Source of the DNA: an uncultured Gemmatimonadales bacterium
GTDB taxonomy: Bacteria > Gemmatimonadota > Gemmatimonadetes > Gemmatimonadales > GWC2-71-9
DNA length: 64,000 nt
Direction of reading: 5' to 3'
NCBI GenBank assembly: GCA_963821525.1
Contig: CAWGED010000008.1
Coordinates: 227,773 to 291,772, forward strand
Shown here one piece after another: positions 1 through 8,753 of the stretch. Numbering within the stretch: position 1 is the stretch's first letter; each line of letters starts with the position of its first letter. Made by a program: the position numbers and the translations under genes. The notes under the pieces were generated by a model. The model saw nothing but the letters and a program-made list of their open reading frames with translations. It made no database searches and had not been told where the DNA came from.

Positions 1-627
1 CCGGATGGTCCCTATACGACAGAATTCATGGAGTCGGTGCTCTCGGATCTGATCGCCCACTCCACATCGGGTCCGCTCGTTGTGGTAGGCCACTCGATGG
101 GTGGACAACTCGCAGCGCAGCTGGCCCTCGATCATCCAGACCGCGTCATTGCCGCGGTTCTGATCGCGCCAGGAGGAGCGGGAATCAGCCCCTTATTCGG
201 AGACACGGCCGGTGTGGCATTCGCCGCCGCGCGGTGGGTCGCGAGCGCCGCGGGCTATGTCCTTCCGGTCCATGATCAGGGGTGGCTCGGCGAAACGAGG
301 GCGAACGCGAAATACATCCCCAGCGAGGATTCATTGGCGCTTGCCGCGTCACGAAAAATCCTGGATCAATTCGACTTCTCGGCAATCAACGGGAGATATG
401 CCGATTTGCATCAGCCGGTGCTGCTCCTCTGGGGCCGGAACGACCCGACGATCCCGCTGGGCATCGGCGAGCGGATCGCCGGTCTGCTGCCCTGCCGCCG
501 ATTCGTGGTCCTGAACGCGACGCTGCACCGTCCCCAGCAGACCAGGCCCGACACTGTCGCGACCGAGATGCTACGGTTCCTCGATCACCCCACCTGCGAC
601 AAGTCATCCGAGCCACCTGCCGAGTAA
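1..627 (+). CDS. alpha/beta-fold hydrolase (5' partial)
   Basis: GHSMGG nucleophile elbow, 'LLLWGRNDPTIP' acid motif and C-terminal His; frame is open to base 1. Confidence 0.85.
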   Translation, partial: PDGPYTTEFMESVLSDLIAHSTSGPLVVVGHSMGGQLAAQLALDHPDRVIAAVLIAPGGAGISPLFGDTAGVAFAAARWVASAAGYVLPVHDQGWLGETRANAKYIPSEDSLALAASRKILDQFDFSAINGRYADLHQPVLLLWGRNDPTIPLGIGERIAGLLPCRRFVVLNATLHRPQQTRPDTVATEMLRFLDHPTCDKSSEPPAE

Positions 628-826
628 GCCAAATCTGCTGCTCGGCACGTTTGCTCGTAAGGCATTACAGGGTAACATGTTAAGGTTATTTCCAAGGAAG
701 GGCGTGACAATCCGACCCGCAAACGTGGCGTAACTTCAACCCTCCGACTATTTTCACGCCCCGATTTCCCAACATGGGGGCTTTCTGGAGCTACCGAACC
801 ACCACCGGGTTCCTCTGACATGGCTG

Positions 827-1897
827 TTGGCCCATGGCGGAGAGGTAATCCGTTACCGAACACATGCCGAACTGGCGCCGCCTGGAACGGTGGCATCCGA
901 GACCCTTGAAGCCGATCGCGCCGCCATCGAGTCGGGGAAGGCGGCCCAAGGCGTCATCAAGAAGCAAAAGGAGACAGGGGTCTGGGGCGGTAACATGCTC
1001 GGCCTCGCAGCGGCCCCGGCACAGGGCATCAGGGATGTAGGCACCATTCCTCAGTATCGGCGCCTGATTCAGCTCTCCTTGCCGCCGTCGCAGAGGCCAT
1101 TCAAGCTGGCGGACCGAGTCCTGTTCCGGCTGCTGTCGCGGGACGAGGATCCCAGTCTGCTGTTCGAGTTCCTGAAATTCGCGAAGTCGGAGCCTCGCGC
1201 CGTCGAGTGGGCGCGAAACGTCCTCCGTGAAGCTGCCTCGGCCGCACTAGCCGAGGGCGGGCACATAGAGGATCCTCGTTTGCGGGGCGCGGCGCACAAG
1301 ATCGCGTCCAACGTATCGCAATTCCTTCGCAGTCCGATTGCCGAAAAGCCATTCGTGCGCTCGGGCAGCGCCTCAGTGCTTCATCCCGAAGCCTATCCGC
1401 CAACCTGGTATTCGGTGGCGATGATCGCCGCAATGCCGAACCTCCAGCGGGAGCGGGCGGGATTCACCGAGCGGCTGGGACACTACCTGGCTCAACCGGC
1501 GCCCAAGAAGGCGTACGCCATCGCGCTGGGGAAGAAACGCATCAAGCCGCAGCATCTCCTCCTGGGAGATCCGATCGAAGCCGACGGCAAGGGGATGCCG
1601 AAAGATCTGCCCCTCGCCCTGCACTTCATCGAGTTGCTCGCCCGCATCGGGGCGCTGCACACGGCTCCGGTCGCCACGAAGGTTCTTGCCCGCCTGCTCA
1701 AGGACTGCGATGAGTTCGGGATCTGGAGTCCAAAAGGACTCCGCGGGGCGCCAAAGGCTCTCAACAAGATCACGTATCACTGCTTCCCGCTGGACGTCGA
1801 TGCGAAGGAACCTGACTCGCGGCAGACCGACGTGACCTTCCGGCTGGCATTAATCGCGAAGACCCTGGGCTGGCAGCTCGAGTACGTGCAGAAGTAA
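827..1897 (+). CDS. conserved hypothetical protein, possible alpha/alpha-barrel (prenyltransferase/squalene cyclase-like); true start probably near 774
   Basis: 356-aa ORF with QW-like 'KKQKETGVWGG' and 'DEFGIW'. The frame stays open upstream (..LELPNHHRVPLTWL..); ATG at 774 is one G short of being in frame. Confidence 0.65.
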   Translation: MAHGGEVIRYRTHAELAPPGTVASETLEADRAAIESGKAAQGVIKKQKETGVWGGNMLGLAAAPAQGIRDVGTIPQYRRLIQLSLPPSQRPFKLADRVLFRLLSRDEDPSLLFEFLKFAKSEPRAVEWARNVLREAASAALAEGGHIEDPRLRGAAHKIASNVSQFLRSPIAEKPFVRSGSASVLHPEAYPPTWYSVAMIAAMPNLQRERAGFTERLGHYLAQPAPKKAYAIALGKKRIKPQHLLLGDPIEADGKGMPKDLPLALHFIELLARIGALHTAPVATKVLARLLKDCDEFGIWSPKGLRGAPKALNKITYHCFPLDVDAKEPDSRQTDVTFRLALIAKTLGWQLEYVQK

Positions 1898-1905
1898 CTG
1901 CTCAA

Positions 1906-1989
1906 ACGCGGAAGACGCGGAACACGCAGATGGCCGCGGAAATTCAAAAGTGTTCCGCGTGATCAGCGTTCTTCCGCGTGCTCCGCGGT
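1906..1989. repeat. fold-back array of ~9-nt repeats (ACGCGGAAN / NTTCCGCGT)
   Basis: ACGCGGAAG ACGCGGAAC ACGCAGATG GCCGCGGAA ... TTCCGCGTG ATCAGCGTT CTTCCGCGT GCTCCGCGG. Confidence 0.8.
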
Positions 1990-2060
1990 ATGCTTTTGAG
2001 ATCTCTCCGATTACTCGAAATCACTGAACTGGGCTTCAGAGTTCTTGCACCGGCGCAGAA

Positions 2061-2076
2061 AGTAGCCCATACTACT
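2061..2076. promoter_or_regulatory. candidate TrmB autoregulatory operator over a leaderless -10 box
   Basis: AGTAG-N6-CTACT inverted repeat ending 3 nt before ATG 2080; CATACT lies 6 nt before the ATG and there is no SD. Confidence 0.4.
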
Positions 2077-2079
2077 ACC

Positions 2080-2772
2080 ATGCCGGCTCCGCCGATCGAT
2101 CTCACACCATTCGGCTTTACTCCCACCGAAAGCCGGGTATATGAGGTTCTTCTGGCGGATGGCCCCGGTACCGGGTACGCCATAGCCCGCTCCGCGGGAC
2201 TCGCTCGGGCCAATGCCTATAGCGCGCTGGAAGGGCTGGTCACCAAGGGCGCGGCGAGGCATGACGACGGACAGCCCAAACGATTCCGCCCCGAGCCACC
2301 CCAGGCAGTCCTCGCCCGAATCTCCAGCGCCCAGGGGCAGGCCATCGAGGAATTGAGTCGGGCCCTGGACTCCTTCGGCGCCCCGGCATCCGCCGCCATC
2401 GTGGAAATCGAATCGCCGAAGGCGGCTCTTCAACTGCTCACACATGACATCGGCCGGGCCGAGCGTTCGGTGAACCTGATCGCCCCGGCCGAAGCCTATC
2501 CGCTGCTGGCCCTCGTGCTCCGGCGCGCCGTCGCGGCCCAGCTCTCCGTCTCCCTCTACGCCCAGGTTCAGGTGAGCCTTCCGTTCGCACGGATTGAAGC
2601 GATTCCCGGCGGATTTGACTGGCCGGGAATTCCCCTCGTGGCCATCGTCGACGAGCGAACCGCGGTCATCGCCTCGCGCGATAATTCCGAGGTGCGCGGG
2701 CATTGGAGCATGACACCAGCCTTCATCGCGGCGGCCCGACTGGCCTTTGACGGTCTCCGGGGATCAGCATGA
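2080..2772 (+). CDS. TrmB-family transcriptional regulator
   Basis: 'FGFTPTESRVYEVLL..GTGYAIARSAGLARANAYSALEGL..KG' TrmB wHTH; the stop overlaps the next ATG (ATGA). Confidence 0.85.
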   Translation: MPAPPIDLTPFGFTPTESRVYEVLLADGPGTGYAIARSAGLARANAYSALEGLVTKGAARHDDGQPKRFRPEPPQAVLARISSAQGQAIEELSRALDSFGAPASAAIVEIESPKAALQLLTHDIGRAERSVNLIAPAEAYPLLALVLRRAVAAQLSVSLYAQVQVSLPFARIEAIPGGFDWPGIPLVAIVDERTAVIASRDNSEVRGHWSMTPAFIAAARLAFDGLRGSA

Positions 2773-4391
2773 CGGACGAGCTCGACGAAGCCCTGGGTCA
2801 GCTGCGCCGCGAGTACCTGCTCGAAGCGCCGGGTCGACTCGCGGAGCTGCGAAAGGACCTCGCGGCCTTCCGCTCAGGAGAGACCGATGCGGCTGATTCG
2901 CTGACCCGGCGGTTCCACCGCCTCTCGGGCTCGGGCGGTTCCTACGGATTCCCCTCAATCAGCGAGATCAGTAAGCAGACCGAACACTGGCTCCAGGCTG
3001 AGCGGCCCTCCCCGACGCCAGAGCACGCTGCCCGGCTGGACGACGCGGTCAATCGTCTCTCGGCGGCCTTCGACGCGGCGGCGATCGAGATGGGCCTGCC
3101 CGACGCCGGTCCAGCGATGGCGGAGTTTGGATGGCGTGCCTTGGCGATCGGCCAGCCGGGGAAGCTGCGCGAGGAGATCGAGACCGCGATGCGGCTGAGC
3201 GGATTTCTGGTGCGAACCGAAACCGGCCTGGGAGAGCCCAAGGAGACCCATCTCTCGGAGCGCCCGGACCTGGTGGTAATCATCGCGGAGCCGGATACCG
3301 ACTCTTATGCTACGGCGACGGCGTGGTCACGCGCCGGAGTAGCGCGACCCCGCGCCATTGTGCTGGTAGACAAGACTGATACGACCGACCGGGTCCGCGC
3401 TCTCGCAGCTGGAATCGACGTGGTGATGCCGGCGGCGCGGGTGGGAGTCGAACTTCCCAAGTACGCCAAGACTCTCGCCCGGATTGGAAGCCCGCCGCCT
3501 CGAGTGCTCCTGATCGAGGAAGACACCGAGCAGGCGCATCTCATCACCTCGTGGCTCGAGCAGGTGAACGCTCGAGTGACTCACTGCCGAGACGGGCTCA
3601 CGGCGCGGGAAACGCTGATCCGCGAGACGCCGGATCTGGTGTTGATGGACACCCGTCTGCCGGGTCTCGATGGCCTCTCCCTCGCCCGGCTGATGCGGCA
3701 GGATTCACGATTCGGTCTCACTCCGATTGTGTTCCTGACCGCGCAGGACGGAGTCGCTACCCAGATCGAGGCTCTGCGGGCTGGGGCCGACCATTTCCTC
3801 ATCGAACCGGTAGATCGAGACCTGCTGGCCCACCTCGTCATCAATCGGGCCGAGCGGGGAAGACGTCTCAGAGAAATGGTCCACCGTGATGGGCTCACCG
3901 GCCTGCTTAATCACGCGACCCTGATGGCGGAGCTGGAGCACACGATCGAATACTCCCGCCGTCACGGTGAGGGCTTCGTCTTCATGATGGTGGACGTGGA
4001 CCACTTCAAACGGGTGAACGACCGGTACGGTCACCTGATCGGAGACCAGGCCCTGCTTCACGTCGCCAAGGTCTTCCAGACTACGGCGCGGGCGAGCGAC
4101 CTGATCGGCCGGTACGGCGGTGAAGAGTTCGGCCTGATCCTGCGCCGCACCGATCGGCAGGGCGCCGGGGTGCTCGCCAACAAGCTGCGCCAAGCCCTCG
4201 TGGAGCATCCGGCCGCGGTAGGGTCCGGAGAGAACATTTCGATCCGGGTTTGCATCGGAATCGCCTGCTTCCCGGATGACGCGCTCACGGCTGGCTCCCT
4301 GACCGAAAGCGCCGACCGGGCGCTCTACTGCGCCAAGAGCGCGGGCCGGGACCAGATCGCCTTCGCCAGTCCGGAGCCGGTGCGCCAATAG
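2769..4391 (+). CDS. diguanylate cyclase (Hpt - degenerate REC - REC - GGDEF)
   Basis: Hpt 'FHRLSGSGGSYG', REC 'PDLVLMD..LPGLDG', 'DVDHFKRVND.YGH..GD', GGEEF with RASD I-site. Confidence 0.92.
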   Translation: MTDELDEALGQLRREYLLEAPGRLAELRKDLAAFRSGETDAADSLTRRFHRLSGSGGSYGFPSISEISKQTEHWLQAERPSPTPEHAARLDDAVNRLSAAFDAAAIEMGLPDAGPAMAEFGWRALAIGQPGKLREEIETAMRLSGFLVRTETGLGEPKETHLSERPDLVVIIAEPDTDSYATATAWSRAGVARPRAIVLVDKTDTTDRVRALAAGIDVVMPAARVGVELPKYAKTLARIGSPPPRVLLIEEDTEQAHLITSWLEQVNARVTHCRDGLTARETLIRETPDLVLMDTRLPGLDGLSLARLMRQDSRFGLTPIVFLTAQDGVATQIEALRAGADHFLIEPVDRDLLAHLVINRAERGRRLREMVHRDGLTGLLNHATLMAELEHTIEYSRRHGEGFVFMMVDVDHFKRVNDRYGHLIGDQALLHVAKVFQTTARASDLIGRYGGEEFGLILRRTDRQGAGVLANKLRQALVEHPAAVGSGENISIRVCIGIACFPDDALTAGSLTESADRALYCAKSAGRDQIAFASPEPVRQ

Positions 4392-4413
4392 CGCGTCGGC
4401 TTGGATGAGCTAT

Positions 4414-4433
4414 TTTCAACCCAACGGTTGAAA
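4414..4433. promoter_or_regulatory. candidate TetR operator
   Basis: Perfect 8-bp inverted repeat TTTCAACC-CAAC-GGTTGAAA ending 10 nt before the tetR ATG. Confidence 0.65.
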
Positions 4434-4443
4434 TGGCCCATCC

Positions 4444-5001
4444 ATGACCCATCGCGACCCTCCCGCGACTCAGCGGTTGCTCCAGGCCGGCGTGGCCGAA
4501 TTCGCCCGTTTTCGGCGAGCCGGGGCCCGCACCTCCCGTATCGCTGCTGCGGCGGCGGTCAACAAGCAGCTGATCCATTACTACTTCGGGAACAAGGATG
4601 GCCTCTACTCGGCCGTCCTGGTACACGTCGCACAGGAGGCGGCTCAGGCACTGACCAGCCTGCCCCTGGTTGGCCTCACGGCGGTCGAGCGGCTGCGCCG
4701 GCTCATTCGGGGACAGTTCGACTTCTTCGCCCAGCACGATGCCCACACCCGGGTCCTCCTGGAGGCGGAATCGGGCGAGGAGTGGGCCGATGCGGCTGTC
4801 CGACCCGTGGTTGAGCTACTCACCGAGGGGCAGGCCACCGGATTCTTCCGGGACGACATAGACCCGCTCACTCACGCGAGGCAGGCGCTGGTGCTGCAGC
4901 TGGGATATTTCGCGATACAACCGGTCACCTCGGCCTGGGGCGATCGAGTCCTCTGGCGGGACCGGGCCGCCGATCTCGTGGTTCGTGGCTGCACCTGGTA
5001 G
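4444..5001 (+). CDS. TetR/AcrR-family regulator
   Basis: HTH 'RIAAAAAVNKQLIHYYFGNKDGLY'. Confidence 0.9.
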   Translation: MTHRDPPATQRLLQAGVAEFARFRRAGARTSRIAAAAAVNKQLIHYYFGNKDGLYSAVLVHVAQEAAQALTSLPLVGLTAVERLRRLIRGQFDFFAQHDAHTRVLLEAESGEEWADAAVRPVVELLTEGQATGFFRDDIDPLTHARQALVLQLGYFAIQPVTSAWGDRVLWRDRAADLVVRGCTW

Positions 5002-5033
5002 GCTCGAAACCAGACTGAAACTGGAGGCTTCGA

Positions 5034-5912
5034 ATGGCCGGCACCGCTCTGCGCCGAATCGGAATGGCCGCCGCCGTTTTGGTGGGACTGTTGCTCATCC
5101 TCCTGCTCGGCATCTACGGGATCAGCAGGTCGAAGATGCGTCGCACCTACGTGATCAAAGCCGAGACGCTGGACCTCACGAGCGACAGCGCCACGATGGT
5201 GCAGGCCCGGCATCTCGTCACCGCCATCAACAAGTGCGTGGACTGCCACGGCGAGGACTTCGGTGGGACGACGATGGATCTCGGGCCCGTGGGAAAACTC
5301 CACCCGAGCAATCTGACTACTGGCAAAGGCGGTGTCGCGCCGATGAGCGACGCCGAGTGGATACGCGCCATCCGACACGGCGTCCGCAAGGATGGGCGAC
5401 CCCTCGTGTTCATGCCATCCAGCGCGTTCGCCGCCATGGACGCCTCCGATCTGGCGGCCGTCATCGCGTACCTCAAGCAACTGCCTCCGGTCGACCGCGA
5501 ACTTCCACCAACCCAGGTCGGAATGCTGGGCCGGTTCCTCATCGTCTCTAAACCCGGGCGGTTGCTTCAGGCGGAAGGCATTGATCACGAGGCGGCGATT
5601 CCCGCCGGAGTGCCGCACCAGCCATCAACGGAATACGGACGCTATCTCGCCACTACCAGCGGCTGCACCTACTGCCATGGCGATAATCTGAAGGGCGGGC
5701 TCAAGGAAGGACCGCCAGGAACCCCGGCCAGCGCCGACCTGACGTCTACCGGACAACTGGCCAATTGGAGTGAAGACGATTTCCGTCGTGCCCTCAGAAC
5801 CGGAATGCGGCCCGATGACAGCGTCATAAACCCGTTCATGCCGTGGCGACTGACCCGCCTGATGACGGACGATGAGATCAAGGCGGTGTGGTTGTACCTG
5901 AAGACCCTCTGA
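5034..5912 (+). CDS. membrane-anchored di-haem c-type cytochrome
   Basis: N-terminal TM helix; CVDCH and CTYCH haem motifs, each followed by an MP(S/W) axial-Met segment. Confidence 0.9.
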   Translation: MAGTALRRIGMAAAVLVGLLLILLLGIYGISRSKMRRTYVIKAETLDLTSDSATMVQARHLVTAINKCVDCHGEDFGGTTMDLGPVGKLHPSNLTTGKGGVAPMSDAEWIRAIRHGVRKDGRPLVFMPSSAFAAMDASDLAAVIAYLKQLPPVDRELPPTQVGMLGRFLIVSKPGRLLQAEGIDHEAAIPAGVPHQPSTEYGRYLATTSGCTYCHGDNLKGGLKEGPPGTPASADLTSTGQLANWSEDDFRRALRTGMRPDDSVINPFMPWRLTRLMTDDEIKAVWLYLKTL

Positions 5913-5947
5913 AAAAGAGAACTCCGGCCAGGTGGTCCTGACCGGAG
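5912..5947 (-). terminator. intrinsic terminator of lon
   Basis: Minus strand CTCCGGTCAGG-ACCA-CCTGGCCGGAG (one G-U pair) followed by TTCTCTTTTT. Confidence 0.7.
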
Positions 5948-5968
5948 GTCCTAATGCTGGCTGGCCGA

Positions 5969-8494
5969 TTAGTGATGGAACTGGGCCAGCGGGGTGACGT
6001 CTCTCGGATTCTCCTCGCCGAACAGCAGGCGACCCTCCTTGAAGGTTGCTCCGCGGAGCGTCAGGGCGAGTGCCTCACCCAGATTCTCCACCGGGTGGAC
6101 CTCGACCATCTTGAGCACCTCTTCGGGCAGATCCTGGAGATCCGGCTCGTTCTTCTTCGGCAGTACGATCCGCGTGATACCGGATCGCACCGCGCCCAGG
6201 ACCTTCTCCTTCACTCCACCGATCGGTAGCACGTGACCCCGCAGGGTGATCTCGCCGGTCATCGCGATATCGTTCCGCACCGGCCGGCCTGACAGCACCG
6301 ACACCAGCGCTGTGGCCATCGCCACGCCCGCCGAGGGACCTTCCTTGGGTATCGCACCCGCGGGAACGTGAATGTGCACGTCTCGGTCGAACATCTCTTC
6401 CTTGATGTGCAGTCCGGCCGCGTGGGAGCGAGCGTAGGTCCAAGCCGCGCGGGCCGACTCCTTCATCACGTCACCCAGCTGCCCGGTGAGCACCAGCTCG
6501 CCCTTGCCCCGCATGGTGGAGGCTTCGACGAACATGATGTCGCCACCGGTCGGGGTGTAATACATCCCAGTCGCGACGCCGATCTGATCCTCTCGCGCGG
6601 CGCGCTCCGGATGCACCCTGGGCCGTCCCAACAGCTCGGGCACCAGCGCGGCAGTCACGGTGACCCGCTCCGACTCCTTCGCCGCGATCTTGCGTGCCAC
6701 TTTCCGCCCCAGCTTGCCGATTTCCCGCTCGAGCTGACGGACTCCGGACTCCCTGGTATAGCCGGTAATCAACTCGGCAACCGCCTCGTCCTGGAACTCG
6801 ATCTGTTCCGGGGACAACCCGTTCTCCGCTCGCTGCCGCGGGATCAGGTAATTCCGCGCGATCATGAGCTTCTCGCGCTCGGTGTAGCCGGTGAACTCAA
6901 CGAACTCCATCCGGTCGAGCAACGGCGCGGGAATGGCCTGCACGAAGTTGGCGGTGCAGATGAACAAGACCTCGCTCAGATCGAACGGCACGCCGAGGTA
7001 ATGATCCACGAAGGTGTCGTTCTGGGCCGGGTCCAGCACCTCGAGCAGCGCGCTGGCCGGGTCTCCCTGGAAGGAGACGCCGAGCTTGTCCACTTCGTCC
7101 AGCAGAAACACCGGGTTCTTGCTTCCCGCCTGCTTCATTCCCTGGATGATCCGTCCCGGCATCGCACCAACGTAGGTCCGCCGGTGGCCGCGAATATCAG
7201 CCTCGTCGCGGGCGCCGCCCAGAGAGATACGAACGTACTTCCGTCCCATGGCCCGTGCGATCGACTTGGCCACCGAGGTCTTACCGACGCCGGGAGGGCC
7301 AACGAAGAGCAGAATCGGACCCTTGGCGACCTTGTCGTCGGGGTTGCCCGGGATCTCCCGCTCCTTCTCCTCGGCCGGGGTCGGCGCTGAACTGGTCGCT
7401 GCCGCACCGTCACCCTCAGAGGAGGAGGGCGGAGTGCTCGTCTCATCCTTGTTCGCTGTCGGCACGCCCTTCAGGGCGCGAACGGCCAGGAACTCCAGCA
7501 CCCGATCCTTCACGTCTCCCAGGGCGTAGTGATCTTCGTCGAGAATGCGCTGGGCCTCGACCAGGTCGAGGTGCTCCTGGCTGCGCTCGTTCCAGGGTAG
7601 CTCCGCGATGTTCTCGAGGAACGTCCGGATGACCTGCGACTCCATGGACTCGCGGCTCATGCGGCCCAGGCGACCCAGCTCGCGATCGACTTCCTTGCGA
7701 GCCTCGGGCGGCAGGTTCAGCGCTTCGAGCTTCTGCTTCAGCTCCTCCAGCTCGTTCGAGCCCTCGTCATCCTCGCCCAGTTCCTTCCGGATCTGCTTCA
7801 TCTGCTCCCGGAGGAACATCTCGCGCTGACGCTCACCCAGCTCCTCCTGCACCTGGGACTTGATGTCCTCCTGGGCATCGAGCACGCTGATCTGGCGCTG
7901 GACGTGCACCAGCACCCGGCGCAGACGCTCTTCAACCGACAGAGTCTCCAGCAGGATCTGGCGTTGCTGAGGCGAGATGTCGAGGTAGCCCGCTACGAGG
8001 TCGGCGAAACGGCCGGGCTCATGAACTCCAGCCAGGACCTGTTGCACCACTTCCTCGGGCAATCCCGACTTCTGGCCCAGCTCGGCCGCGCGGGAACGAA
8101 CCTCGCGGTAGAGTCCCACGAAGGCGGGATCTTCCGCGTTGAGCGGGAGCATCTCCTCGGCGTCGCGAACGATGGAGTGGAGATAGCCGTCCTTTTCGGT
8201 CACGTGCATCGCGATGCCACGCCGCTCGCCGTGCAGCAGGAGCTGCATGCCAGCGAGCCCGCGCTGCAGTTGACCGATGCGCGCAATGGTACCGATTGTG
8301 TGGAGGCCCTCTGGGGCAACCGACTCGATATTCTGGCGCTGTGAAACGGCGAAGATCAGCCGGTCAGGGGTAGCCAACGCAGCCTCGATGGCGCGCAGCG
8401 TTCCAGGACGGCCGGCACCGATGGGTGCCGTGATCCCCGGAAAGAGGACTACTTCGCGCAGAGGCAACACGGGAAGCGTCAGACGTTCACTCAT
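5969..8494 (-). CDS. lon: ATP-dependent Lon protease
   Basis: LON N-domain, GPPGVGKT Walker A, 'LLDEVDK', catalytic 'PKEGPSAG' and 'IGGVKEK'. Confidence 0.98.
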   Translation of the reverse strand: MSERLTLPVLPLREVVLFPGITAPIGAGRPGTLRAIEAALATPDRLIFAVSQRQNIESVAPEGLHTIGTIARIGQLQRGLAGMQLLLHGERRGIAMHVTEKDGYLHSIVRDAEEMLPLNAEDPAFVGLYREVRSRAAELGQKSGLPEEVVQQVLAGVHEPGRFADLVAGYLDISPQQRQILLETLSVEERLRRVLVHVQRQISVLDAQEDIKSQVQEELGERQREMFLREQMKQIRKELGEDDEGSNELEELKQKLEALNLPPEARKEVDRELGRLGRMSRESMESQVIRTFLENIAELPWNERSQEHLDLVEAQRILDEDHYALGDVKDRVLEFLAVRALKGVPTANKDETSTPPSSSEGDGAAATSSAPTPAEEKEREIPGNPDDKVAKGPILLFVGPPGVGKTSVAKSIARAMGRKYVRISLGGARDEADIRGHRRTYVGAMPGRIIQGMKQAGSKNPVFLLDEVDKLGVSFQGDPASALLEVLDPAQNDTFVDHYLGVPFDLSEVLFICTANFVQAIPAPLLDRMEFVEFTGYTEREKLMIARNYLIPRQRAENGLSPEQIEFQDEAVAELITGYTRESGVRQLEREIGKLGRKVARKIAAKESERVTVTAALVPELLGRPRVHPERAAREDQIGVATGMYYTPTGGDIMFVEASTMRGKGELVLTGQLGDVMKESARAAWTYARSHAAGLHIKEEMFDRDVHIHVPAGAIPKEGPSAGVAMATALVSVLSGRPVRNDIAMTGEITLRGHVLPIGGVKEKVLGAVRSGITRIVLPKKNEPDLQDLPEEVLKMVEVHPVENLGEALALTLRGATFKEGRLLFGEENPRDVTPLAQFHH

Positions 8495-8557
8495 CGTATT
8501 CCTATTCCTTCCTTTGCAGGCAATTTGGCAGGTTTGCCAAACAAGTCACCCCCAAGG

Positions 8558-8574
8558 TGCACCGGGTGTGCCAA
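8558..8574 (-). promoter_or_regulatory. candidate sigma-54 (-24/-12) promoter of lon
   Basis: Minus strand TTGGCAC-ACCCG-GTGCA (GG-N10-GC) about 65 nt upstream of the start; palindrome TTTGGCA-GGTT-TGCCAAA at 8524-8541. Confidence 0.5.
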
Positions 8575-8753
8575 ATCCTTGTGCCGGGGAATTTGGGGGT
8601 CCGAACCAAATCGGAACAGCGTCGCCTGCCAATCGCGCCTCCTTGGAGGGGCCTGACCTGCCGAACTGTCCGAATCGCCAAGCCCAACATGAAGCCGTGC
8701 CTTGTCCCTCTTGCTTTGGTCTGCTAAATCTATGAGGCTTTTACCGATACCTA

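Noticed and set aside
6368..7390. Long antisense or alternate-frame ORFs (also 12773-14005, 37166-38449, 40560-41813, 50437-51864)
   Set aside because: Shadow ORFs opposite well-supported genes, expected at high GC; no recognisable motifs.
7320..7470. Low-complexity insertion in Lon before Walker A as an intein
   Set aside because: Only about 45 aa, Ser/Pro/Ala/Glu-rich, with no intein terminal motifs; a variable loop.
8524..8574. CIRCE (HrcA) operator upstream of lon
   Set aside because: It lacks the TTAGCACTC-N9-GAGTGCTAA arms and spacing.
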